NCBI GenBank assembly: GCA_001600815.1 | Contig: BCKZ01000005.1 | Coordinates: 805,727 to 849,354, forward strand | Reading direction: 5' to 3' | Source: Alloascoidea hylecoeti | Taxonomy: Eukaryota | DNA length: 43,628 nt | In this document: piece by piece, positions 11,913-24,063 of the stretch | Numbering within the stretch: position 1 is the stretch's first letter | Layout: every line of letters starts with the position of its first letter | Translations under genes and position numbers: made by a program | Notes under the pieces: generated by a model | The model's database searches: none | Told to the model about the DNA's origin: nothing | The model's input: the letters and a program-made list of their open reading frames with translations, nothing else

Positions 11913-14900
11913 ATGATTTGGAAAACAAACTTAAAGAGATTTTTGAGTTTGGCACTCTTTTCTCAATTGACTTCATCCGTTGTTGCATCTAATTCATCAG
12001 TAGATGATTCTGTTCTTTCGAAAATCAGCAATGCTAAATCTTCTCCATTAACAAACATAATTCCTAATAAATATATCGTTGAATATTCAGATTCTTTAGC
12101 TTCTCTATCAAAAAGATCAGATTCTGATGCAGATAATGAGTTTTATCAAACTTTAACTGATAATGGTATTGATGCCTCTGCAAATTATAACCTATCGAGT
12201 GATCTATTCCAAGGCACTTCATTAACCGTTTCGAGTAATACTTCCCTTGACGATATCAAAAAATTGGATCAAGTTAAGGAGGTCTGGCCCGTACAAGTCG
12301 TTTTCCTTAACTCATCATCGGTTGTTCTTGCCAACAACGCTACTTGGAATCCCCATGCTGTCACTGGTGTTGATAAGCTTCATGATAGATCAATTTATGG
12401 CAAAGATGTTACTATAGCTATCATTGATACTGGTGTACAATACACTCATCCGGCTCTTGGTGGTGGTATTGGCGATGGATATAAGATTGAGTATGGTTAT
12501 GATCTTGTTGGAGATGATTGGGTGTACACAGATGATGAAGTGAACCCAGATGATGATCCAATGGATTGCTTAGGACATGGAACTCATGTGGCAGGTATAA
12601 TTGGTGCGAATGCTCCTGGTTGGGATGGAGTTGCACCAAACGCAACCATTCGCTCGTACAAAATATTTGGATGCTCAGACGGTACAACAACTGAACAATT
12701 GATGGCAGCATTTGAGATGGCTTACAATGAAGGTGCAGATATAATCACGGCCTCAGTTGGTGGTAGTGGTGGATTTTCAGACTTCCCATGGGCGAAAATG
12801 GCTTCTGGAATTGTTGAAAAAGGTGTGTTTGTATCAATTGCTGCAGGTAATGGGGGAGAATATGGTCCTTATTATCCTTCGAATGGTGCGGCTGGGGATT
12901 ATGTGACAGCTGTTGCATCCGTTGAAGCAGAACAACTTATCACTTGGACAGCAACACTTAAATCATCGTCAGGAGATTCTTATGAGTTTGATTATATCAC
13001 TCAAGACGGTACAGCCTGGGAAGCTGAAGGTAGTTACCAACTTTCGGTAACTTCGACTGAAGCCTGTTTCTACAGTGGTGAAAAGTCTAGCGCAAATGCA
13101 ACCGTAATTCTTGCTAAAAGAGGAACCTGTGTTATTCAAACCCAGTATAATGATCTTATGGGATATGGCTTTAAATTTGCGCTGCTTTATAATTCATATG
13201 GCCAATCTATGAATTATCTCAGCAATCTTGGAGAATATTACTTTAATGGAGATATTCAAGGAATGGGTTTAGTTGACAAGGAAGTGGGAACATGGGCAGT
13301 TGAAGAGATAAACAATGGCAATACTATAGTAATCGAATTTGGAGATAAATCTACACCATATTCAAGATCTGCCAACTTGGAAGGATCTGGTAAAATGGAT
13401 TACTTTTCTTCTTGGGGTAATACTTATGAACATCATTTCTATCCTACAATTGCTGCACCAGGAGGTGACATTTATTCAACATATCCTACTAATGAGTATG
13501 CCATTTTGAGTGGAACAAGTATGGCAACTCCTTATATTGCTGGTGTTGCAGCATTATATTTTAATGCTAAGGGTGGTAGATCAAATTTAGGAACTTCTGC
13601 AGCAGTTGACCTTAGAACTAAATTAATATCAACTGCAAATAGTTTACAAGAATATGACTATGGTAATGATATTACAAATAATAGATCAGCTCCTTTAATT
13701 CAGCAAGGGTCAGGCTTAGTTAATGCTATTAAACTCATTGATTACAACACATCTGTCACATCAGAAGGAGCTATATCTTTGAATGATACAAGATATAGAG
13801 TTGACGAGCATACTATTACAATTAAGAATAATGGAGAAGAAACTGTCACTTATAATGTATCACATACAGGCTTTGCAACGGTTCAAGTATTTGCCAACCA
13901 AATTTTCAATACTTATTATCCGCCTGTTGATGATGTTTATGCAACCGTTTCATTATCACAAACGAAACTTTCTATTCCAGCTGGTGGAGAAGGATCTATT
14001 AATGTTACTATCACAGCGCCAAGTAGTATTGATGAATCTTTAGGGCCAGTGTTTCAAGGAAAGATTGTTTTCACAGGCTCAAACGATGAATTAGTTTCTG
14101 TTCCTTATGTCGGTAAGTTATTTCCAATAATCATTTTATTTTTCCTTTCTTTTAATTTTAACAAATAAATTAGGTGCCCAATTTGATACTTCAACAGATC
14201 GTGTTTGGGGGACATATTTCAGGCCATTATTCTATTATTACAATCAAAACGATGGTTATTTATATGGTCTGGATGATCTTCCAGATAAATCATATAACTT
14301 AACAAGCGGAGATTCACCAAGAGCTTATTTTATTGAGCCATGGGGCACAAAAGAATTATCTATTGATGTAAGTCTTATTAAAATATATAAACAAAAATTG
14401 AATTATAATTACAATATTCTAACACTTTCTAAATAGATTGTTTACGAAGATTGGAATACATCAGATTTCAAATATCCCATTTCCGAAAATAATGAAAATT
14501 ATTTAGGGCCACTTAGATCCTATCCCTATGCACTTGATGGCTCCTATACTGATTTCCCATTAACCTACTATTCCAGAAGTTTGAATTCTTATTCATATAT
14601 TCGACCATATACTTTAGCAAATGGAACAGAAATTAAAGATGGAAACTATAGAATGTTGGTTAGACATTTAAAACCATTTGGTGTTTCAAGTAATATTGAT
14701 GATTGGGAATTTGGACTTTCCGAATCATTTATTGTTGGTGCTGGATCAGGTTCGAGTTCGAATTCGAGTTCTACGACTATCACCAGCTCTAGTACTACTT
14801 CTACCATAGCTATTTCTTCGGCCAGAATCTCAAGCTCCACATATGTTCCATCTAGCTTCACCACTTCCTATGTCAGTTCATCTGTGTCAAGTTCTATCAT

Positions 14901-15870
14901 ATTATCAAGTACAGTAATTAGCTCAAATGCTAGTCCAACTTCAACGGTCATCTCTTCAGCCTATACAACTAGTCTTCCAGTGGAAACCAATAAACCTGAT
15001 GGGTTATCAGGAATAGTAAATAATGTTCGCATTAAAGACTCGGTGACTGAAGAAACAAGTTCTTCAAATCCTAAAAATAAAATATTAGTTGAAATTGATC
15101 TTAATATTCCAAATACCGTGATTGAAGGAGACACAACAGTGATTTATTTCCCAAAATCAATCACAGATCTTCCGAAAATTATAATTGAGGATGGAAATGA
15201 GAATCATATTGCAACAACCTCATTTAATTCTGATAATTCTACACTTACTTTTACTTATACTAATTATATGTCATGGCATAACGGCGTTTCTGGGACACTC
15301 TCATTTACTGCGAATTTAAAGAATAATACATCATCAGAGTATCAACCTGGTCCTTACCAATTTGAATTCATCACAAATCCAACTACTTTTTATCCTACGT
15401 ATGAATTTGTTAAAATGAGTCAAGATGAACCTACAATGACGACCGAAATTGTAAGTGGAGTTGGTGCATATATTTATATCGATATGCCGGGATCACTTAA
15501 TTGGACAACATTTACAGTAACAACCACATATAGTGAGAGTTATTTTGCAATGGATTGCGATTCTAAAGAAGTATTAGTATCGGATTCTCTTGATGTTTTT
15601 GGGTATCCTAATTCTACAACTGCAGCTTCTACTTCGGATTATTCGATATCATGCGCAATCAGAAAATTAACTTTCAAATATAATGGCGATGCAATTGATG
15701 GAGAAGTTGTAAGATTCAAAATAACTGATTTTGATTCTGTTTCGTATAATGGAAATTATGGTAATACTTTTGTTATTACAGTTACTGGACAGGATGGAGT
15801 TGTTAGCACTTATAGTATCTATCAACAAGTTTATAAAATTACTAGGATTATCAATCAACAATTATATTAG
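11913..15870 (+). CDS. Secreted S8 subtilisin (PA and Fn3-like domains) with a Ser/Thr linker and a C-terminal Als-like Ig domain pair; exons 11913-14112, 14174-14367, 14437-15870 (1275 aa)
   Basis: Signal peptide, propeptide, and catalytic motifs IIDTG, GHGTHVAG and SGTSMATP. Two GTAAGT..TAG introns (14113-14173, 14368-14436) fuse the 753-aa and 429-aa ORFs in frame. Confidence 0.92.
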
Positions 15871-16319
15871 TTAACATATAACTTCTTCTTCTATTAACCT
15901 TAATATTTCTTTTTAGTTGTATACACATATAGCTACCTTTATAGATTTCCATTTAAATAATGATAATTAAAATTTTGATACATTGAATTATACATAATTA
16001 GCTATATCCAGCATTTCAGACAAAAAAAAAAAAACATCTATAAAAGTTTTAAGAAAATAAAATACGTTAGTCTTTATAAAAAAAATCTTTTAAATTTAAT
16101 ACCCGAAAACATTATTAAAAAATCCGATTTGCAGTTGTGATTAATATGTTGCATTAGGAATGACCATAATCTTAATCATTATATTCAAGTAATAATATCT
16201 CTCATAGCTAAATAGTTTTTTTCCTCTTTAAATTTATGGTTCTGTTTTCTTTAATTTGACTAAATAATGTAATTCTTGTTGAATGATTTATTAATAGTAT
16301 TGAAGACAAAAAAAAGCAT

Positions 16320-17273
16320 TTAAGAAAATTTCCATCTATTGCCACAATTTTCACAAGTACAAAAAGTAGTTAAAGGTTCATCGGCACTTCGTGTTTGCAT
16401 TTGATAATAACTAACTTTCTTCTGTTTACACTTACCACATGTAAATCTATCAGTAACTGCTCTTTGTTCAGTTGCACCTTGTGCTTTAAATAAATTCATT
16501 TTTTCTAATTCTTCAATTTCTTTCTTTAACCCTTCAGGAGCCATTTCTTGTGCTTTCATTGTGTATAATCTTTGTGGGGTTATTTCACCTCTTAATAATT
16601 TGGATCTTAATTCAGGATTGTTTTTCTGTTTAATATTCATCACCAATGAACGCATTTTATTGCGGTAGCCGGGTTTAACACCACCTTCTTTTTGGTACAC
16701 AATGACCTCAATACCCTTTGCAGTTTCGAAAACCTGCGATGGTGAAGCGGTGGTATCCTGAACCAAAGCATCATAAAGAACCTTTAAAGAGCCATTTCTG
16801 GTTGTATTGTCATAAATTGAAGTTCTTACACCATCTTTAGTAGCAGATCTATTTGTTGCGGTTGTTGTTGTTGTCGAGGTCTTATTAGTAGCATTATTTG
16901 AGTTTGAGTGGGTTGAGTTATTATTAGTGGTGGATGCAGAAGAACGACGATGTTGTTGCTGTAAATTTGTGGTTGATGGTTGATTGGTATGATCCGAAGA
17001 TGGAGAGCTCTTTTTATGTTGATGACGATGTATGTCCTTTTCCCTCTGCACCTGATCTTTCCAAGAGCGGATGATTTTCTTAACAAGGGACGAGACTGTG
17101 GGGTTCTCATGAGTTCTGTATTTGTTTACGGCGACGCCAATCTTCGTCTCCCTCAGGATCTTCTCGGAAGGTTTTAATTGTTTTTGTAAGACTTGAAGGA
17201 TGGAGATTATCTGAGAGTCAGAAACAGCCTTTTCTAGATCGGACTTGATGGACTTGATCTCTGTTGCATCCAT
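16320..17273 (-). CDS. DST1: Transcription elongation factor TFIIS
   Basis: LRETKIGVAVN N-terminal domain and C-terminal zinc ribbon CGKCKQKKVSYYQMQTRSADEPLTTFCTCENCGNRWKFS. Confidence 0.98.
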   Translation of the reverse strand: MDATEIKSIKSDLEKAVSDSQIISILQVLQKQLKPSEKILRETKIGVAVNKYRTHENPTVSSLVKKIIRSWKDQVQREKDIHRHQHKKSSPSSDHTNQPSTTNLQQQHRRSSASTTNNNSTHSNSNNATNKTSTTTTTATNRSATKDGVRTSIYDNTTRNGSLKVLYDALVQDTTASPSQVFETAKGIEVIVYQKEGGVKPGYRNKMRSLVMNIKQKNNPELRSKLLRGEITPQRLYTMKAQEMAPEGLKKEIEELEKMNLFKAQGATEQRAVTDRFTCGKCKQKKVSYYQMQTRSADEPLTTFCTCENCGNRWKFS

Positions 17274-17761
17274 TGTGTCTACAGTGGTACACGCTAACTA
17301 AAATAGGGGACGGGGCTAAAAAATATGAAAGCTGTGAAGTTGAAAGTGGAAGCTAAAAAAAAGACATCATGCATAAATGTCGCGTGTGTGTTCGTGTTAT
17401 GCCACTTCATGCCACAAAAGGAATTCGTTACTGATGCGAAGAACAATTCGAGGTTTTCACAATATGATTCATTGCAATTCCAATTACGATTATGGTATAG
17501 GATGCTATTAATTATAAGTTAATATCGTGGATTTTATAATTATGTATTTCTGCGTAATTCTTACACAGTCAAACACATCCTTATTTAAAGTTGGGTATAA
17601 GATCTTATATTTGCAACAAATTTATCACTGCGTATTCTATAGCCAACAGCAGTCCCAAATGTACGAATTAATTTTACCTTCACCTTACGATTATATTTAG
17701 TAATTTTATACGTAAGTTATACCGTTCTTCGTGATCACTCTATAACTAATTATAAATAAAA

Positions 17762-19435
17762 CTAATTATACTCTTTCTTTTTAGAGTTTATCAGCTCTAA
17801 TACTCCATCTTTTCTGTAAAGTGGAGTCCATTTATAACAAATAGCCCCTTCCATTAAAAGACAAATTGTTAACTCCTCGTCCGATTTGCTTATATTACAA
17901 TATTGTTTCAACATATCTTCAATTGTTTTAGCACAAACATAACCAGGCAATTCATCATCTTGAGTCAGATTAGAATCATAAAATGCAGGCTTTTTCAATT
18001 TTGTATCGATCCATAACTCTGATGAATTTTTAAATTTTAAAATGAATTTAATTACAAATAAAATTTTAGGTATTGTATATAATTCATCGAATCCCTCTGG
18101 GAATATTAAATTTAAAACGAATCTATCATTACTCAGATATGTTTTCAAAACTGCAAGGAGTGACAAAATTAATAGTCTTTCTGATAATTTAGAATTCCCA
18201 TACCGTTTTGGATATATTGATGACATTATATTAATGACTTCTTCTGCTGATTCATGAAGTTCCTTTGATTTAGAATATTCATTAGTGTCATGAGAATGAT
18301 TGCCATGGGATTGTGAAAATGAATAACGACGACCCGATTTCGCACCAAATTCTGGGGCATATAAATTTGATAACCAATATGGATGTGGTGCCCCTTCAAT
18401 TGCTTCATTTAGATTTGGAATTAAGTCAATGATTGGTCCATGATATAGAAGTGGTAGATTAGGTGGTGTATAATTGCGTTCACCGAATATTTCAATCTCA
18501 AGGTTTTTATTACTTTTATTATTGCTATTGCTTTTGTTATTATTGTATTCATTATTGGTGATGTTGTCTCTATTCGAAGGTTGATATATTTGCAATATGT
18601 TTACTGATTCAAATTCATAATCATCATGAATATTGTAGTTATCACCGTGGGCCATTGAATACTTTGAATCATTTATTTTTCTTTCAAAATTAATAAAAAA
18701 ATCTGAGAGATATCTCGGCATGCAAATCTCTGTACCATTTATAACATCTGGAGTATTGGGACAACCAGTTCTTTCACAATAAATATTAACTCTTGTTGAA
18801 ATAGCTAAATCGTTATTATGTTCATTATCATTTTTTAGTTGGACACAGTTTAAAGTGCTGCATGAACTGCTTGGTGTTGAAGAATTAGTACTGATACTAT
18901 TGTTATCCTCATTTCCATCTTCCTCGTCCTCTGATTCTACTTCCAGTTCTTCTTCTGATTCTGATTCTTTACTCTGATTATGTTTATCAGCATGACATCC
19001 CTTTAAATGATGAGCTATCCTTGTACCGTATCTTATAAAAAGTTGGATCAAATATTTGGTTTCTAACTCACACTCTATAGCTCTTGAATTTGAATCTAAA
19101 TCCATTAAAACCTTCATACATTCATCATATAAATTTTCAAAATCCATATGAATCAGATTTAACTTATTTTCAAGCAAATTAATCCTTTTTTTATTATATT
19201 CAAATTCATTTTTTTTCTTCCTTCTATAAATCATTTGTGCCCTTTTCATTTGTTGACGCCTCTTTTCTGATAAATGTTCCGTTCCGGATACCCTTGGCCT
19301 TCCACTATGGTTACTTCCGGATCTTCCTATTTCTAAATATGAATCTCCTTTTTCCATTACCATCGTCGTTACTTTAGGTTGTTGATCGAGATGATTACTA
19401 ACGTAAACATTTTTATTATAATCAAATGTATTCAT
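17762..19435 (-). CDS. bZIP transcription factor (557 aa)
   Basis: Basic region EKRRQQMKRAQMIYRRKK followed by a leucine heptad repeat (INLLENKLNLIHMDFENL), acidic and Asn-rich linkers, and a helical C-terminal domain. Confidence 0.8.
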   Translation of the reverse strand: MNTFDYNKNVYVSNHLDQQPKVTTMVMEKGDSYLEIGRSGSNHSGRPRVSGTEHLSEKRRQQMKRAQMIYRRKKKNEFEYNKKRINLLENKLNLIHMDFENLYDECMKVLMDLDSNSRAIECELETKYLIQLFIRYGTRIAHHLKGCHADKHNQSKESESEEELEVESEDEEDGNEDNNSISTNSSTPSSSCSTLNCVQLKNDNEHNNDLAISTRVNIYCERTGCPNTPDVINGTEICMPRYLSDFFINFERKINDSKYSMAHGDNYNIHDDYEFESVNILQIYQPSNRDNITNNEYNNNKSNSNNKSNKNLEIEIFGERNYTPPNLPLLYHGPIIDLIPNLNEAIEGAPHPYWLSNLYAPEFGAKSGRRYSFSQSHGNHSHDTNEYSKSKELHESAEEVINIMSSIYPKRYGNSKLSERLLILSLLAVLKTYLSNDRFVLNLIFPEGFDELYTIPKILFVIKFILKFKNSSELWIDTKLKKPAFYDSNLTQDDELPGYVCAKTIEDMLKQYCNISKSDEELTICLLMEGAICYKWTPLYRKDGVLELINSKKKEYN

Positions 19436-21300
19436 AATGATGTTATCTGTAAAATTAGGTGAAAGTTCAGCGAAAATTTAAAATATTAATATAATCCGAT
19501 GTTAATAGTTCTTTTTCTCTAAAAGAACAGGTCTTTATCCTTGGTTTATATAAATATATTGTACGGGTATACCGCTTAATATTATAGTTAATATATAAAG
19601 GATATGTGGTGCTATTTTTTGAAATGATTGATTTTGGTTGAATGAATGATTTCATCCCATTGGTTTATTAAGTCTACAACTGCATTGGATTTAAAAGGCT
19701 TATAATTATTATTTATCCAGTAATTAATACGCGAATTCATGATAATGAATGATCTTTTAAAAGAAACTTTCCAATTAAACAATAACAGAGGGTAGTTGAC
19801 ATCCCTTCGGATCTATTCAAATCTGCTTAAGCTATTAAGGATATGCACCTGCCAAACCTTATAAGTATTAGGTACTGGTATAATTAATATTATAATTGTT
19901 TTATACTTGAAAATGTTCTAGATATTTTAATCATAATTAGAAGTCTAGATTTTATACATAACAGTAATAACATGAACAATACAATTATAAGGATACTATA
20001 TCTTTATGATAAAATGGAATTGGATTGAAATTCATCCAATACTTCAATATTGAAAGGATTCAATGTAAAGTTACCCTGATTGACAAATTATTTTATAATT
20101 AAGTATAAAAGAAAGTAATTTCTACATTATAGGTTGGAGGTGTAAAGCATAAATAGCTATATTTTTGTGATATTGGTATTGACTCGAAATATCGATCGTG
20201 GAGCATGACTATCATATTAAGTTCAGTTTACTGAATATTAATTAATATGAATATTACAATTATATCATAAGCATTAGCTAAGTTATAATTAATTATAAGT
20301 AAATTTAAAATCACATCTAAATGTAAAGAAAAAAAGTAGCTCTCTTATATAGCTAATATAGTACAAGTTATAATATATCCACATATGTATTAACCATAGA
20401 AATCGATATCAATATTTATATTTTGAATTAATTTAAGAGCTTAGGTCTCGCGGATCTGTTGAATGTAGTATATTATGTCGCTTTGTCCATTTGGGATGAT
20501 GAAGTTGTCGACTGGAATTGATTAAAGCTTTTGCACCTAGAAGTTAAGAAATGCAAAGGTGTTGGTAGCTGTTGCACTCATTTGTTGAATATAATTTATA
20601 ATCTATAATGAAAAAGTGGCCGCATAACCTGCGATAGTAGATTAGAAATAAAGGAAAGAGATTTTTATCTAAATATTATCTAAACTATCTATTTGAAATG
20701 AGGCAATGGTGAGTCAAATTGTGTTTCATCTTATGGTTGCTCGCTGAAGTTTAATTGAAGAAATGTAGTATATTATGTCAAATGTTGAAGAACAGAAACC
20801 TGAAATGAAATTGAAGTTTGGAGAATTAACTTTGAAGTATAAATAATTTATACAAGGACTATAGTATTTCCTATTTTAATAATAATAGGCATATCTACAT
20901 ATAATTTTTTGAGCTTATTTCGAGTCCTTTCGAAAATTCAATGTTTATTGGCTAATCTTTACTCAAGTTTGCAATTAGTGTTGCAAGTAATTATTAGATT
21001 ATTACCTTATTTTCTTTTTGTGCTTTTCCTATTTTTGTCAAAAGGGTTTCACAATTAATACTTGATAAATTTCCGGTCAAGTCAAAACATCGTTGACTTG
21101 GCTTGCTAGTACTCCAACTGATATCTATGAAATTTTTATTATTTAAGGTTCTATTATAAGACGACTATAAACTTTAATTGAACTGTATTAAGATAAATAT
21201 ATATAAAAAAAAAAGAATTAAAAGGTGTGAATTCACTCCTAAAACTTTTCGTTTAAACAAAAATATTCCCTCTTGTTTAAATTTGGCTAGTTACTTAAAG

Positions 21301-22054
21301 ATGTCGCATTATAGTAAAAATGCGTACTTAATTGAGCGGAAAAATAATGTTTTAATGGCTATAGCAGAAGTTTCATGTTCATTAGCGCTTATAGTTTTGA
21401 GAATGAAGAAAGATCAGAATGGAGTCTTTAATACAAACTGTCTTTCTTCGAATTCTGCATCTGGTGGGATTCAATTACCACCTTTACGTCGTGCCTCTAC
21501 ATCTGGTAAGATTCGATTACCACCTATAAATTATGTTTCTGCCTGTGGTAAGATTCAATTACCACCTACAAATTCACTAAATATTATCACTGGTGTTGCA
21601 CTTCTCGGATTGAAACTTGGTGATTTACAATATCTTATTGATGAGTTATGTACAATTGCTTCTTTGCTTGGTGAGCTTTCGGTCCCAACACCATACCTTA
21701 TAAGTAAGGTTGACGCTCCCACAAACTCCAATTCTATGCCTACCAACTCTAATTCTGTAATAAGAATGTCTGAGCCTTTAATTATTATCCCAAATAACTC
21801 TGGAATAGAACTACCTGAATTTGAAGATGTAACTGTAAGTCCTATTTGACTTTTCTAAATTCTCAACAACAACTAACTAAGTAAATAAGAACCCATACGG
21901 AAAAAGCGAAAATGGTAGTGCCTTTGGAAGAATGAATTTTCGTAAAAAAAAAGCTTGGAAAAGAAGAAGAACACTTGCATCTGTAGTTGAAGATATCACC
22001 GTCGAAATCAACACCGATGTGAAAATGAGGAACAATTATGGAAATCATCTTTGA
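21301..22054 (+). CDS. Orphan, probably nuclear protein (232 aa); exons 21301-21834 and 21890-22054
   Basis: ATG at 21301. Intron 21835-21889 (GTAAGT, ACTAAC, AAG) continues in frame into NPYGKSENGSAFGRMNFRKKKAWKRRRTLASVVEDITVE...GNHL*. Contains three 14-aa repeats. Confidence 0.65.
21454..21579 (+). repeat. Three 42-bp coding tandem repeats (S.SG.I.LPP)
   Basis: Units start at 21454, 21496 and 21538 and share GGT..GATTC.ATTACCACCT. Confidence 0.9.
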
Positions 22055-23222
22055 AACTATTCTATAACCAATTTTTAACTGATATGTGTTTTTTTTACCC
22101 ACGTATATATGTATATATATATTAATGGAGAGAGATGGTTGAAATTGATCTAAGAATTAATTATTTAAGTTAATATTCTAACTTATAATTTAATAAAACT
22201 AAACTTATTAGTTAATATATGAAGTTGGATAATATTAATCATTTTTATATTCTTAATAATACTTATTTATAAGCTTTTTGAGTATCCTAGGCCTTGAAAG
22301 AAAGCCTTCTGCATACCTATAGTTGAATGTGTTGTATAGCCATTTACAATTTTAAGCTTAATAAGTACTGAATAATTCAATGATGCTTCAGAAGTACTAT
22401 AAAATTAACGTTTATTAGTTTTCCTTGAAAATTTTGTAATTGAATATTAATACTCTTTAATTTTTATTTCAACCAAAAAATATTATCTCCATTAATCCCT
22501 TATCTAGCATACTGGGAATTGAAGACACAAATACAAATGTTGTACAAAAGAAAACCAAGAACCAAGTCAACCACCATCAATTTTCAGACACAACTATACT
22601 TACCAACTAGATGAAAACAGTCGTTCAATAAAAAAAGCCACGGAGATCATCCTTCAAATACTTCAAGTATACAGCTAATCAATTTCATCCACTAACGCTG
22701 ATTTTAATTCTGTTAAAACCTACAATAGCAAGAAAAATATCTCAACAACACAGCGCTTAGGTCGAAAGAGAGATTTTGATGAGTTTTGTAGGGGTTCGTG
22801 TTTATCTGATTTTTCAAATCAAGAGCAAGAACCTGAAAGAAAGTGGCATTTATAGTCCACATGTGCAAGAAGTTCCAAAGGTGGCACCCCCATCCTATCA
22901 ACTAGTTCTTTAACTTTCATGGATCCTGAACAGGAGGATATTTAATCTTGTTTTTCGGAAACTCAATCATCTTGTATTTACCTAATTGGAAGGGGAGGAT
23001 GAAATCAATACAATAATATGAACTAAATTTACAAATACAAAAGCTGGCAATATTGAACTATAGCTATAAACCTACTACTCATCATAATACCACAACATTG
23101 ATTTTGTTGGATCCAGGAATTACAAAACCGGCAACAGATATAAATTTATATCACTATAAACACTATAAATAATATTGCTAAATTATACGTAATCTCATTA
23201 TTCTGATAATCTTTATTCAATA

Positions 23223-23262
23223 TTTTCTCTTTGTAATTTTTTCTCTTTGTAATTTTTTCTCT
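23223..23262. repeat. 16-bp tandem repeat, 2.5 copies
   Basis: Unit TTTTCTCTTTGTAATT. Confidence 0.85.
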
Positions 23263-23610
23263 GGTGTGAGAACTGTTCTAAAATTAAGCGCCTTGAGTTC
23301 AGTAGATTTATTCATAAATGTTATTTTTCATTATTCCACGATTAGTTGGAAGCCACAATATTGATATCATATGATGCCTCCATGACCAAAGAAGAGTGTA
23401 GATGCTTTAAAGTGGTTATCGCAGTCTAATATGAGAATTGAGAAGTCCTATATATTCTGGAAGACTACCCCAAACTACGAAAAAGTCCCATTTTTAAATC
23501 ACTAAATCACCACCAGATATTACAAGTACAAGGCCCCTGATGAATGAGAACGATGATCAAAAAAAAAGTGTATACTCCTATATGTTAAACATAGTAGACA
23601 AGACATGAAG

Positions 23611-24063
23611 ATGTCGTATGTGAAAGTTGCTAACAAATTTGGTTTCTCATAATCAACTCTACACAATAGTTTCCACTGTAAATTATCTAGTCCAGACTTC
23701 CACTAAGAATAAAATATTTCTATGAGTTATATCCCCGAGGTGCAAGATTTAGTTTTGTGTGTGTGTAAAAATGGTTGATTGTGAGGCGCGTGAAAAAAGA
23801 TCCGTCACAAAAATTGACAAAAAGGAACCGGATAACAAAGCATTATTATTCCTCAGAATATCATATACTGGTCATTGAAATAAAGCCTACAGATTTTATA
23901 AAGGAGCCAGTACCAGTGAACTTGACGGGTATATTTTTTTAACCAAGGATCCAAAATATCTTCGCGAATGGAATACTTTACTCGAGGAAGCTTTGAAAAC
24001 AACGTCACGAAATTCCCATATTTGAACCCTTGCTAAAACAGGTATCCAATTAGGTATCCCAAA
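23611..24063 (+). mobile_element. Degenerate pogo/Fot1-family (CENP-B HTH plus DDE_1) transposase relic
   Basis: MSYVKVANKFGFS*STLHNSFHCK (Psq-type HTH) at 23611. TKDPKYLREWNTLLEEALK...SHI*TLAKTGIQLG at 23942-24063 resembles DPxxIxxWF..NIWNMDETGFQLG. Contains stops and frameshifts. Confidence 0.7.

Noticed and set aside
21076..21110. Hairpin followed by CTAG|T resembling a Helitron 3' end
   Set aside because: The hairpin-to-CTAG spacing is only 3-5 nt, and no Rep/helicase remnant or second copy is visible.
21340..21680. MazG-like pyrophosphatase similarity in the orphan protein (LGDLQYL)
   Set aside because: The acidic metal-binding residues (ExxE, ExxD) are mostly missing, so the resemblance is too weak.
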